The notes under the pieces are model-generated. The model was not told the DNA's origin, did not search any database, and saw nothing but the letters and a program-made list of their open reading frames with translations. The position numbers and the translations under genes were made by a program. Positions 56,502 through 64,000 of a DNA stretch of 64,000 nt are shown in pieces. Source of the stretch: Verrucomicrobiia bacterium (GTDB lineage Bacteria > Verrucomicrobiota > Verrucomicrobiia > Verrucomicrobiales > Akkermansiaceae); assembly GCA_030431475.1 (NCBI GenBank), contig JAUIJD010000004.1, positions 115,194 to 179,193 of the forward strand. Direction: 5' to 3'. Each line of letters starts with the position of its first letter. The first letter of the stretch is position 1.

Positions 56502-57926
56502 TCAGACGCGGGCGTCCAGCCATTTCCCGCGGAAGTGCTGGCGGCCGAAGATGCCGGCCTGGCAGAGGAGGTCGAAGCCGAGGATGATCCAGACGCCCAG
56601 CAGGCTGGCCAGCCCGAACTGCGAGGCGGCCCACAGGGCCACGATCCGGAAGAAGATCATGCTCCCGAAGGAGTAGCGGATCACCATCGCCGTCGCCCCC
56701 GCCCCCCGCATCGAGGTCTTGAGGACGATGCAGGTGGCGAAGAAGGGCTGGGTGAGTGCGCAGACGATGAAAAGGGGCGATGCCAGCGCCACGTGCACCT
56801 CGCTGCCCGGCGCCACCCACTCGACCACCTGGCGCCCGCCGAGCACGAAGAACACCCCCATCGCCGACATCACGAGCACCGCCAGCTTCCAGCACAGGCG
56901 CACCGCGCGGACGGCCATCTCCTTCGATCCGGCTCCCAGATACTGACCCGCCAGCGCCGCCGCCGCGGTGCCGATCGCGAAGCCGGGGAGGAAGGACATC
57001 GACTCGACCCGGATCGCGAGGATGTGGGCTCCGAGCGCGCCCTCCTGAGGAAGCATCGAGATCACCCTCACCCCGTAGGCATGGATGCCCCACATGCCGG
57101 CGATCTCCAGGGCCTGCGGCGCGCCGACCCGCAGGATTCTCCTCAGGGTGTCCCGGCACGGCGTCAGCGCCTGGCGGGTCCAGTGCAGCGCCTCCCCGCC
57201 TCCCCTCACCAGCAGCGCCACCACCGCCAGCCCGCAGGCCCAGCCGATCACGGTCCCGGCGGCAATCCGTCCGATCGTCGGCTCACCGAGCGGTTCGGGG
57301 CCCAGCACCAGCAGCCAGCTGGCGAGGATGTTCACGCCGTTCATCACCACCATGCCGATGAAGGGCGTGCGGGTGTCGCCCGAGCCCCGCAGCGCGGCAT
57401 TGATCGCCAGCATCGGCCCGCTGAAGAGCCCGGAGCAGGCGTAGATCCCCAGATACTCGAGCGCATGCTCCGAGGCCTCCGGGCCCAGCTGCATGAAACG
57501 CACCAGCGCCTTCGAACCGAGGAGAAGAACGAGCATCGAGGCCACTCCCGCGCCGCAGCCCAGCCAGACTCCTTGTCCGAGGCCCTTCCGCGCCAGGTCG
57601 TGATCGCCGCCGCCGGTCGAGCGCGAGACCAATGCCATCACGCCGGTCGCGACGGCGATCTGGAGGATGTTGAAGAACCACGCAACGTAGCCTCCCAGCG
57701 CCATGGCATCGAGCACCGGCACGCGGGCATCCCCCTGCGCCATCCGCCCGGCGATGGTGAGGTCCGTCATCCCCACCGCAAAGGTCATCACCTGCTCCAG
57801 CAGGGGCCACACCGCCAGAACCGCCACCTGTCGGGACAAGGACAACCCCGCAAGACGGCCACCGAGCAGGCGCTCTTCGGCGACCGCCCGCTGACTCGCT
57901 TCCGCACTGCGCCCCGGCCTCGACAT
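56502..57926 (-). CDS. MATE family efflux transporter / flippase
   Basis: Multiple TM helices; LRGSGDTRTP, VNI, GQYLGAG, MRGAG.T. Confidence 0.9.
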   Translation of the reverse strand: MSRPGRSAEASQRAVAEERLLGGRLAGLSLSRQVAVLAVWPLLEQVMTFAVGMTDLTIAGRMAQGDARVPVLDAMALGGYVAWFFNILQIAVATGVMALVSRSTGGGDHDLARKGLGQGVWLGCGAGVASMLVLLLGSKALVRFMQLGPEASEHALEYLGIYACSGLFSGPMLAINAALRGSGDTRTPFIGMVVMNGVNILASWLLVLGPEPLGEPTIGRIAAGTVIGWACGLAVVALLVRGGGEALHWTRQALTPCRDTLRRILRVGAPQALEIAGMWGIHAYGVRVISMLPQEGALGAHILAIRVESMSFLPGFAIGTAAAALAGQYLGAGSKEMAVRAVRLCWKLAVLVMSAMGVFFVLGGRQVVEWVAPGSEVHVALASPLFIVCALTQPFFATCIVLKTSMRGAGATAMVIRYSFGSMIFFRIVALWAASQFGLASLLGVWIILGFDLLCQAGIFGRQHFRGKWLDARV

Positions 57927-58089
57927 TCGTGCGCGCAGCCTGAGCCAGCCGCCTGCCTCCAGCAACTCCCGGCTCGAAAAACCACCCCACCCGCGGGGAG
58001 CTCCACACACCCTTCGCGAGTCGCCGCGACCAACGCCCCTGCTTCGACCTTTCCCCCGGCCTGATCCGCGCTATCTTCCCCCCAAGACC

Positions 58090-58638
58090 ATGTCGGACAC
58101 CCAGATCGAACTCGCGGGCACTCTCCTGCTGGCGACCCCCTCGCTGCGCGACGGGATCTTCGATCGATCGGTGATCCTGCTCGCCGACCACTCCGCCGAG
58201 GACGGAGCCCTCGGCCTCATCCTCAACCAACCCACCGGACACGAGGTCGGGCACTTCCTCCACAAACCCGAGTTCGAGGCGCTGGCACGGATTCCGGTTC
58301 ACGTCGGGGGCCCGGTGTCGCGGGAACAGCTCACCTTCTCCGCCTTCTGGTGGAACCCCAACGACGGGCTCCACTGGCAGATGCGACTTCCGGCGAAGGA
58401 GGCCATCGTCCGCACCAAGCAACCGGGCGTCATCGTCCGCGCCTTCATCGGCTACTCGGGCTGGACGGGGGGTCAGCTCGAAAACGAACTACGGCGCCAG
58501 TCGTGGATCCCGGCGAAACCGGGCCCCGACCTGCTCGGCAAACCCCACGACGAGGACCTGTGGGCCGACATCCTCAAGAACATGTCGCCCTACCACCGCC
58601 TCCTCGTCGACGCACCGCCCGAACCCGGGCTCAACTGA
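58090..58638 (+). CDS. YqgE/AlgH family protein
   Basis: LLLATP.L.D..F.RSVI, GALGLILN.P, GGPV, F.GYSGW..GQLE.EL. Confidence 0.92.
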   Translation: MSDTQIELAGTLLLATPSLRDGIFDRSVILLADHSAEDGALGLILNQPTGHEVGHFLHKPEFEALARIPVHVGGPVSREQLTFSAFWWNPNDGLHWQMRLPAKEAIVRTKQPGVIVRAFIGYSGWTGGQLENELRRQSWIPAKPGPDLLGKPHDEDLWADILKNMSPYHRLLVDAPPEPGLN

Positions 58639-58656
58639 TCGTTTCCGGTCCGGCGC

Positions 58657-59022
58657 TCATCCGGACCCGAAGGCGTTTTCCACGCGGTGCACCCGCGGCC
58701 GCTCCCCGTCGGTGAGGACGATCTCGATCACATCGAAACGCCACGGGATGTCCCGCCTTCCGAGCTGTTTGAGCCATGCGTTCGCCCCGCGCCGGATCAG
58801 GCGCCGCTTCTCCCGGTCGACAGCCTCCAGCGGCCGCCCGTGCGCGCTCGACGTCCGCGTCTTCACCTCGGTGAAAAGCAGTAGCGGTCCCTGGCGTGCG
58901 ACGATGTCGACCTCCCCGCCACCGGGCGCCCGGAAGTTCCGGTAGAGCACCTTCGCGCCCCTCGCGCGAAGCCAGTCGCGGGCGATCCTCTCTCCGAAGC
59001 GGCCGACCTCGGCGGGCGCCAT
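58657..59022 (-). CDS. YraN family putative endonuclease
   Basis: G..GE..A..WL, RNFR...GEVDIVA, F.EVKTR, RFDVIE; start uncertain. Confidence 0.9.
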   Translation of the reverse strand: MAPAEVGRFGERIARDWLRARGAKVLYRNFRAPGGGEVDIVARQGPLLLFTEVKTRTSSAHGRPLEAVDREKRRLIRRGANAWLKQLGRRDIPWRFDVIEIVLTDGERPRVHRVENAFGSG

Positions 59023-59032
59023 CCGGTTCCCG

Positions 59033-59656
59033 TCAGGCCCCGTCAAGCGGCAGCATCTGTTGAGCCACGGGCTGAAACGATCGACGATGTATGCGACAAG
59101 GCCCATGACGGCGCAGAGCTTCGAGATGGGCCTTCGTACCATAGCCCTTGTGCCGCTCAAAGCCGTAAGCCGGGAACTCCTCCGCCGCCTCCACCATCCG
59201 GCGGTCGCGCGCCACCTTCGCGATGATGCTCGCCGCCGCGATCGAAAGCGAAAGCCCGTCCCCCTTCACCACGCCCTCGTGATCGTGGGGGAAGCCCTTT
59301 ACCGGCAAGCCGTCGACGAGGCAGAAGTCAACCTTGCCACGGAGGCCGTCCACCGCCCGTGCCATCGCCTCGTGGGTGGCCCGCAGGATGTTGATCCGAT
59401 CGATCTCCTCCGGTTCGGCAAAGGCGAGCGCCCAGTCGATCTCGGGATGGTTCGTCAGTCCCTCGAAAAGCCGCTCCCGCCGGGCAGCGGTCAGCTTCTT
59501 CGAGTCGTCGAGCCCGTCCCACGAGAAGGCCGCCGGCAGAATCACCGCCGCGGCCGCCACCGGACCCGCGAGCGGGCCCCTTCCCGCCTCATCGATCCCG
59601 GCGATGACGTTCAGACCACGGGACCGACAGGCGGTTTCGAGCGAGAGATCGGGCAT
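59033..59656 (-). CDS. rnhB: Ribonuclease HII
   Basis: GIDEAGRGPLAGPV, DDSKKL, KGD..S.SIAAASIIAKV.RD, HKGYGT. Confidence 0.97.
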   Translation of the reverse strand: MPDLSLETACRSRGLNVIAGIDEAGRGPLAGPVAAAAVILPAAFSWDGLDDSKKLTAARRERLFEGLTNHPEIDWALAFAEPEEIDRINILRATHEAMARAVDGLRGKVDFCLVDGLPVKGFPHDHEGVVKGDGLSLSIAAASIIAKVARDRRMVEAAEEFPAYGFERHKGYGTKAHLEALRRHGPCRIHRRSFQPVAQQMLPLDGA

Positions 59657-59662
59657 GCGCCC

Positions 59663-60247
59663 TCAGAAATCCCGCAAATGATCGTGGAAGGCCATCTTTG
59701 AACGACCCTTGGTGGCGAAAATCTGGGTCGCATACACGAATCCGTCGGACGCGACATACACGCCGATGCCGGTCGCATGCCAATCCTGCTTCAGGTTGTA
59801 GACATGCTTGCTGGAGGTCGTCCACGCCTGCGTGAGCTGCGAGGCGATGTCACCCCGGATCACCCCGCCTGCGACATTCTCCGCGCAATTCCCCATCCCG
59901 AAACGGCGTTTCGCCAGAAGCGCCCGTTCCTCGAAGCCGTAGTGGGAGATGTTCTCCGAACCGAGGGTGAACTTGCCGCGGTTGCGCGCCATGAACTCGC
60001 AGTGACGACGCGCCAGGGCGTCGAGCCCGGCATGCCGCGAGATGGCCTGCTTGCCGATCGAGCTCCGGTATCGGTTCAAGGATCGCTCAAGCTGGTCCGC
60101 CACTCCCTTCGACGATCGGGAAGCTTCGCCGGGCACCGCCGACGACGAGGACATGGGGACACGAGTGGTGTCGAGATTGGAGGAACAGGACGCCAGGACC
60201 GCGACCGCTCCCAACCCGACCCATCGAAACAGGCTGGTTGATTTCAT
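59663..60247 (-). CDS. CAP (SCP/CRISP) domain lipoprotein
   Basis: Lipobox LASC; LN.YR, A..H...M, SH.GF, AENVA, W..S..H..N, TGIGV, YATQIF. Confidence 0.85.
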   Translation of the reverse strand: MKSTSLFRWVGLGAVAVLASCSSNLDTTRVPMSSSSAVPGEASRSSKGVADQLERSLNRYRSSIGKQAISRHAGLDALARRHCEFMARNRGKFTLGSENISHYGFEERALLAKRRFGMGNCAENVAGGVIRGDIASQLTQAWTTSSKHVYNLKQDWHATGIGVYVASDGFVYATQIFATKGRSKMAFHDHLRDF

Positions 60248-60461
60248 GGCAGTGGAAGAGTTGGAGGGGGGACTCTGCGCGCCCCGTTGATAGCTTCTAT
60301 CGCAAAAATTTAAAGGTTTTTTAAAATTAATGAAAAATCCGACATCTCCCCTGACGGGACGGCGCGCAGGGGCTCCTTACTCCCGATGCGGTATCTGATG
60401 GTGGTTTACCTTCCTTGCCCCCTTCTGGGAGGCTCGCGGCAGCTCGCGACCGCCCCGGCCC

Positions 60462-60489
60462 TTGAACGGCGCCGGGGCGCCGATAGCCT
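60462..60489 (+). promoter_or_regulatory. Putative sigma70 promoter of uxaE
   Basis: TTGAAC-N16-TAGCCT, 12 nt before the ATG. Confidence 0.4.
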
Positions 60490-60501
60490 CCGATTCCCAT
60501 C

Positions 60502-61749
60502 ATGAAATCCTGCCCGAAATTCACCTTTGGCGTCGGCGACCGCTTCGCCCACGGCGCCGTCGCCCAGCTCCAGGCCTTTCTCGCCGCCCGCGAGGCCGGC
60601 ATCGACATCACCCCGGTCTGGAACAAGTCCAACCGCGAGCACCTCATCATCGGCTCCGAACCCCAGACCACCCGCGATGCCGCCGACGCCGCCGTCCGGG
60701 AGCTCGGATGGGAGGGCGATTACCTGCTCGATGCCGACCACATCAACCTTTCGACGGTCGATCGCTTCATCGCGCCCTGCGACTTCTTCACCCTCGATGT
60801 CGCCGATGACATCGGCACCCCGGCCGATGCGGCGGACGTCGCCGCGTTCATCGACAAGCACCCCGAGCTGATCGGCTCGGTCGCCATCGAGGGCATCGAG
60901 CAGCCGCTCGAGATCACCCGCGAGGACGTCGAGCGCACCGCCAACCAGTTTCTCAAGGCGACCCAGCACGCCAAGGCGATCTACGATCACATTCTCGCCG
61001 CCAAGGGACCCGACTTCGTCACCGAGGTCTCGATGGACGAAACCGACTCCCCTCAGACACCTCCCGAGCTCCTGATCATCCTCGCCGCGCTGGCCGACCA
61101 GGGCATTCCGGTCCAGACCATCGCCCCGAAGTTCACCGGACGCTTCAACAAGGGCGTCGACTACGTCGGCGACCTCCCGCAGTTCGAGCAGGAGTTCAAC
61201 GACGACCTCGCCGTGATCGCCCACGCGGTGAAGACCTACGGGCTGCCGGAGGGCCTCAAGCTCTCGGTGCACTCCGGATCCGACAAGTTCTCGATCTACC
61301 CGGTCATCCGCAAGGCCCTCGCCCGCACCGGCGCCGGCCTGCACATCAAGACCGCCGGCACCAACTGGCTCGAGGAGGTGATCGGCCTGGCCGAGTCCGG
61401 CGGCGAGGCGCTCGAACTCGCCAAGCGAATCTACACCGGGGCGCTGGAGAAGAAGGAGGCGCTCTGCGAACCCTACGCCACCGTGATCGACATCGATTTT
61501 GCGAAGCTCCCCGGCGCCGACGAGGTGGCCGGTTGGAGTGGCGAGCGCTTTGCCGCCGCGGTGCGCCACGAGCCCGACTGCCCCGACTACAACTCCAACG
61601 TGCGCCAACTCCTGCACGTCGGTTTCAAGGTCGCGGCCCAGCTCGGGGACGAATACCTCGACGCCCTCAAGGCGAATCGTGAGACCATCGGCCGCTGCGT
61701 GACCCACAACCTCCTCGAGCGGCACATGAAGCCGCTCTTCGCCGGCTGA
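60502..61749 (+). CDS. uxaE: Tagaturonate/fructuronate epimerase family protein
   Basis: FGVGDRF, PVWNKSNREH, DADHI, EVSMDET, KLSVHSGSDKFS, HIKTAGTNWLEE. Confidence 0.85.
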   Translation: MKSCPKFTFGVGDRFAHGAVAQLQAFLAAREAGIDITPVWNKSNREHLIIGSEPQTTRDAADAAVRELGWEGDYLLDADHINLSTVDRFIAPCDFFTLDVADDIGTPADAADVAAFIDKHPELIGSVAIEGIEQPLEITREDVERTANQFLKATQHAKAIYDHILAAKGPDFVTEVSMDETDSPQTPPELLIILAALADQGIPVQTIAPKFTGRFNKGVDYVGDLPQFEQEFNDDLAVIAHAVKTYGLPEGLKLSVHSGSDKFSIYPVIRKALARTGAGLHIKTAGTNWLEEVIGLAESGGEALELAKRIYTGALEKKEALCEPYATVIDIDFAKLPGADEVAGWSGERFAAAVRHEPDCPDYNSNVRQLLHVGFKVAAQLGDEYLDALKANRETIGRCVTHNLLERHMKPLFAG

Positions 61750-61896
61750 ACCGGACACCCTGCCGCCCGGCTCCCCCCATGGCCCCCGGCGAACTCGCCG
61801 GGATCAGGGTGCCGCCCCGGCAAGAAGGGGCGGCCCCGCCGATGACAATATACCTTGATTTTTATCGAGAAATCCTTCATCGGGTGTCAACCCCCT

Positions 61897-62091
61897 ATGA
61901 AGAATGACCCCGACCTGCACCTCGATGACCTGGCGCATCGATTTGCCAGCGGTGGTTCTCAAAGCCGCCAAGAACCCGCGCCACGCCATCGCCGGCGTAT
62001 CGCGCCACGAGTCAAGGGACTCACCCTGTCCATCACCCTCGCCGCTCTCGCGGCGGTGGGAGTCGGACTGATGCTGCTGCTGAAGGGCTGA
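61897..62091 (+). CDS. Small hypothetical protein with a C-terminal TM helix
   Basis: 64-aa ORF filling the uxaE-tpiA gap; ends LTLSITLAALAAVGVGLMLLLKG. Confidence 0.4.
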   Translation: MKNDPDLHLDDLAHRFASGGSQSRQEPAPRHRRRIAPRVKGLTLSITLAALAAVGVGLMLLLKG

Positions 62092-62096
62092 CGCCC

Positions 62097-62864
62097 TCAG
62101 GCGGTGCCGTTCTCGATGATCTCGAGGAAGCTCGCCGCCTCCAGCGCCGCGCCGCCGATGAGGGCGCCATCGATGTCGGGGCATGCCATCAGTTCCGCGG
62201 CGTTGCCGGGCTTCACGCTGCCGCCGTACTGAATGCGGATCTTGGCCGCCGCATCGCCACCGAACTGCTCGGCGATGAGCGAGCGGACGAAGGCGTGCGT
62301 CTCCTGGGCCTGCTCGGCCGTGGCGGTCACGCCGGTGCCGATCGCCCAGACCGGCTCGTAGGCGATCACGAGATCCGCGAGTGCCTCTTCACTCACTCCC
62401 TTGAGACCCACGCTCACCTGGCGGCGCAGCACCTCCTCGAGCTTGCCGCCCTCGCGCTCCTCGAGCGTCTCACCGATGCAGAAGATCGGACGGAGATTCA
62501 CCTCGAGGGCCTTGAGCACCTTCTCGTTGATGAACTCGTCGCTCTCGCCGTAGATCGCGCGTCGCTCGCTGTGACCGAGGATGACGTAGTGGACGAAGAA
62601 CTCCTTCAGCATCATCGGACTCACCTCTCCGGTGTAGGCGCCGGAGTCGAACTGCGAGCAGTTCTGGGCACCGAGCGCGACCGACGAGACGTTGCCGAAC
62701 ATCTCGGCCGCCTTGGCGATCGAAACGAAGGGCGGCGCGATGACGATGTCGCAGGGAAAAGTGGTGTGCTGAATCTTGGCGAGAAGGGTCTTGGCGAAGT
62801 CCTCGGTCTCCGAGGGCCCCTTGTTCATCTTCCAGTTCGCGGCGAAGATCGGTTTGCGTTGCAT
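62097..62864 (-). CDS. tpiA: Triosephosphate isomerase
   Basis: AANWKMN, GAYTGEVS, ILGHSERR, AYEPVWAIGTG, YGGSVK, GALIGGA. Confidence 0.98.
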   Translation of the reverse strand: MQRKPIFAANWKMNKGPSETEDFAKTLLAKIQHTTFPCDIVIAPPFVSIAKAAEMFGNVSSVALGAQNCSQFDSGAYTGEVSPMMLKEFFVHYVILGHSERRAIYGESDEFINEKVLKALEVNLRPIFCIGETLEEREGGKLEEVLRRQVSVGLKGVSEEALADLVIAYEPVWAIGTGVTATAEQAQETHAFVRSLIAEQFGGDAAAKIRIQYGGSVKPGNAAELMACPDIDGALIGGAALEAASFLEIIENGTA

Positions 62865-62883
62865 GATGGGATCAGGTTGGGGT

Positions 62884-64000
62884 TCAGGCTTCGCTCAACG
62901 CCGCCACTCCCGGCAGCTCCTTGCCCTCCAGCAGCTCGAGCGAAGCGCCGCCACCGGTGGAAATGAAGGTCATCTGGTCGTCCAGCCCGAGCTGGTTGAC
63001 CGCGGTCACGGAGTCGCCTCCGCCGACGATGGTCACCGCGTCGCTCGCCGCCACCGCCCTGGCCACGGCTTCGGTGCCCTTGGCGAAGGTCGGAATCTCG
63101 AAGACACCCATGGGGCCGTTCCAGACGATGGTCTTGGCCGTCGCCACCTCCTTGACGAAAAGGTCGATGGAGGCCGGGCCGATGTCGATCCCTTCCCAGC
63201 CGTCCTCGATCGCTCCGCCTTCGCCGAACACGCCGCTCTCGCGGGTTTCGGCTCCCTCCTTGAACTCCTGCGTGAGCAGCGAGTCCGGCGGCAGCACGAA
63301 ACGGACGCCCTTCTCCTCGGCGAGCTTCAGGATCTCGAGCGCGAGGTCGAGCTTGTCGTTTTCGACCAGGCTGTTGCCGACCGCGAAGCCCTGGGCCTTG
63401 CGGAAGGTGTAGGCCATCGCACCGCCGATCAGGAAGGCGTCGGCCTTCTCCATCAGATTGGAAATCACGTCGATCTTCCCGGAGACCTTTGCGCCGCCCA
63501 TGATCACGAGGAAGGGACGCTCCGGGCTCTCGAGCTTGCCGACCAGATACTCGAGCTCGCGGGCGAGCAGGAAGCCCATGGCGCTCGTGGACACGTGGTG
63601 GGTGACGCCCTCGGTCGAGGCGTGCGCACGGTGGGCGGTGCCGAAGGCGTCGTTGACGAACACCTCGGCGCTGCCGGCAAGCTGCTTGGCGAAGTCCGCG
63701 TTGTTGTCGGTCTCCTCGTTGTGAAAGCGGGTGTTCTCGAGCAGCAGGGCCTGGCCGGGCTCGAGCGCGGCGCGCAACGCGGCGGCGTCGTCACCGATGC
63801 AGTCGGGGGCGAGTTTCACTTCGGCACCGATCAGCTCGCCGAGGCGGGCTGCGGCCGGAGCGAGGGAGAAGACGGGATTCGCCTCGCCTTTCGGACGACC
63901 GAGGTGGGAGCAGAGCACCAGCTTGGCACCGCCTTCGAGCAGATGCTGGATGGACGGCAGCGCCGCACGGATGCGGGTGTCGTCGGTGATCGCGCCATCC
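62884..64000 (-). CDS. pgk: Phosphoglycerate kinase, partial (5' end beyond the right edge)
   Basis: SHLGRPKG, LLENTRF, NDAFGTAHRAHAS, GGAKVS.KI, WNGPMGVFE, STGGGASLE. Confidence 0.97.
   Translation of the reverse strand, partial: DGAITDDTRIRAALPSIQHLLEGGAKLVLCSHLGRPKGEANPVFSLAPAAARLGELIGAEVKLAPDCIGDDAAALRAALEPGQALLLENTRFHNEETDNNADFAKQLAGSAEVFVNDAFGTAHRAHASTEGVTHHVSTSAMGFLLARELEYLVGKLESPERPFLVIMGGAKVSGKIDVISNLMEKADAFLIGGAMAYTFRKAQGFAVGNSLVENDKLDLALEILKLAEEKGVRFVLPPDSLLTQEFKEGAETRESGVFGEGGAIEDGWEGIDIGPASIDLFVKEVATAKTIVWNGPMGVFEIPTFAKGTEAVARAVAASDAVTIVGGGDSVTAVNQLGLDDQMTFISTGGGASLELLEGKELPGVAALSEA

Overview
High-GC chromosomal window from a Verrucomicrobia-like bacterium. The taxonomy is inferred from a PEP-CTERM protein, a perfect TGTTC-N4-GAACA LexA box, and DUF5069-like and eukaryotic-type UGPase genes. 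(1) 1-15.9 kb: partial malQ, then a surface-glycan biosynthesis and decoration cluster with 3 sulfotransferases, 2 methyltransferases, a GT11/23-like enzyme, rfbB, rfbA, a VioA-like aminotransferase, a GT-A enzyme, and a duplicated SGNH-like/MBOAT acyltransferase module in mirror order. (2) 15.9-37 kb: mostly housekeeping genes (lexA, fumarase, rpmI-rplT-pheS-pheT, rpsT, L,D-transpeptidase, GT2, HAD, UGPase, rpoN, mrp, pyk). A four-helix-bundle ORF bracketed by inverted heptamer arrays sits between pheS and pheT. (3) 37.1-45.7 kb: a 2662-aa glycine-rich autotransporter just downstream of tRNA-Arg(CCT). (4) 45.7-64 kb: lpxL-like/ELM1/GT4 envelope genes, mutM, gatCA, obg, MATE, yqgE, yraN, rnhB, uxaE, tpiA and partial pgk. 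No CRISPR array, transposase, integrase or rRNA was seen. Top leads: the repeat-flanked four-helix-bundle element, the beta-rung/giant-Gly-loop autotransporter, a possible Cys-Gln thioester PEP-CTERM protein, and the sulfation/acylation glycan cluster. All family assignments come from motif recognition by eye; no database searches were run.
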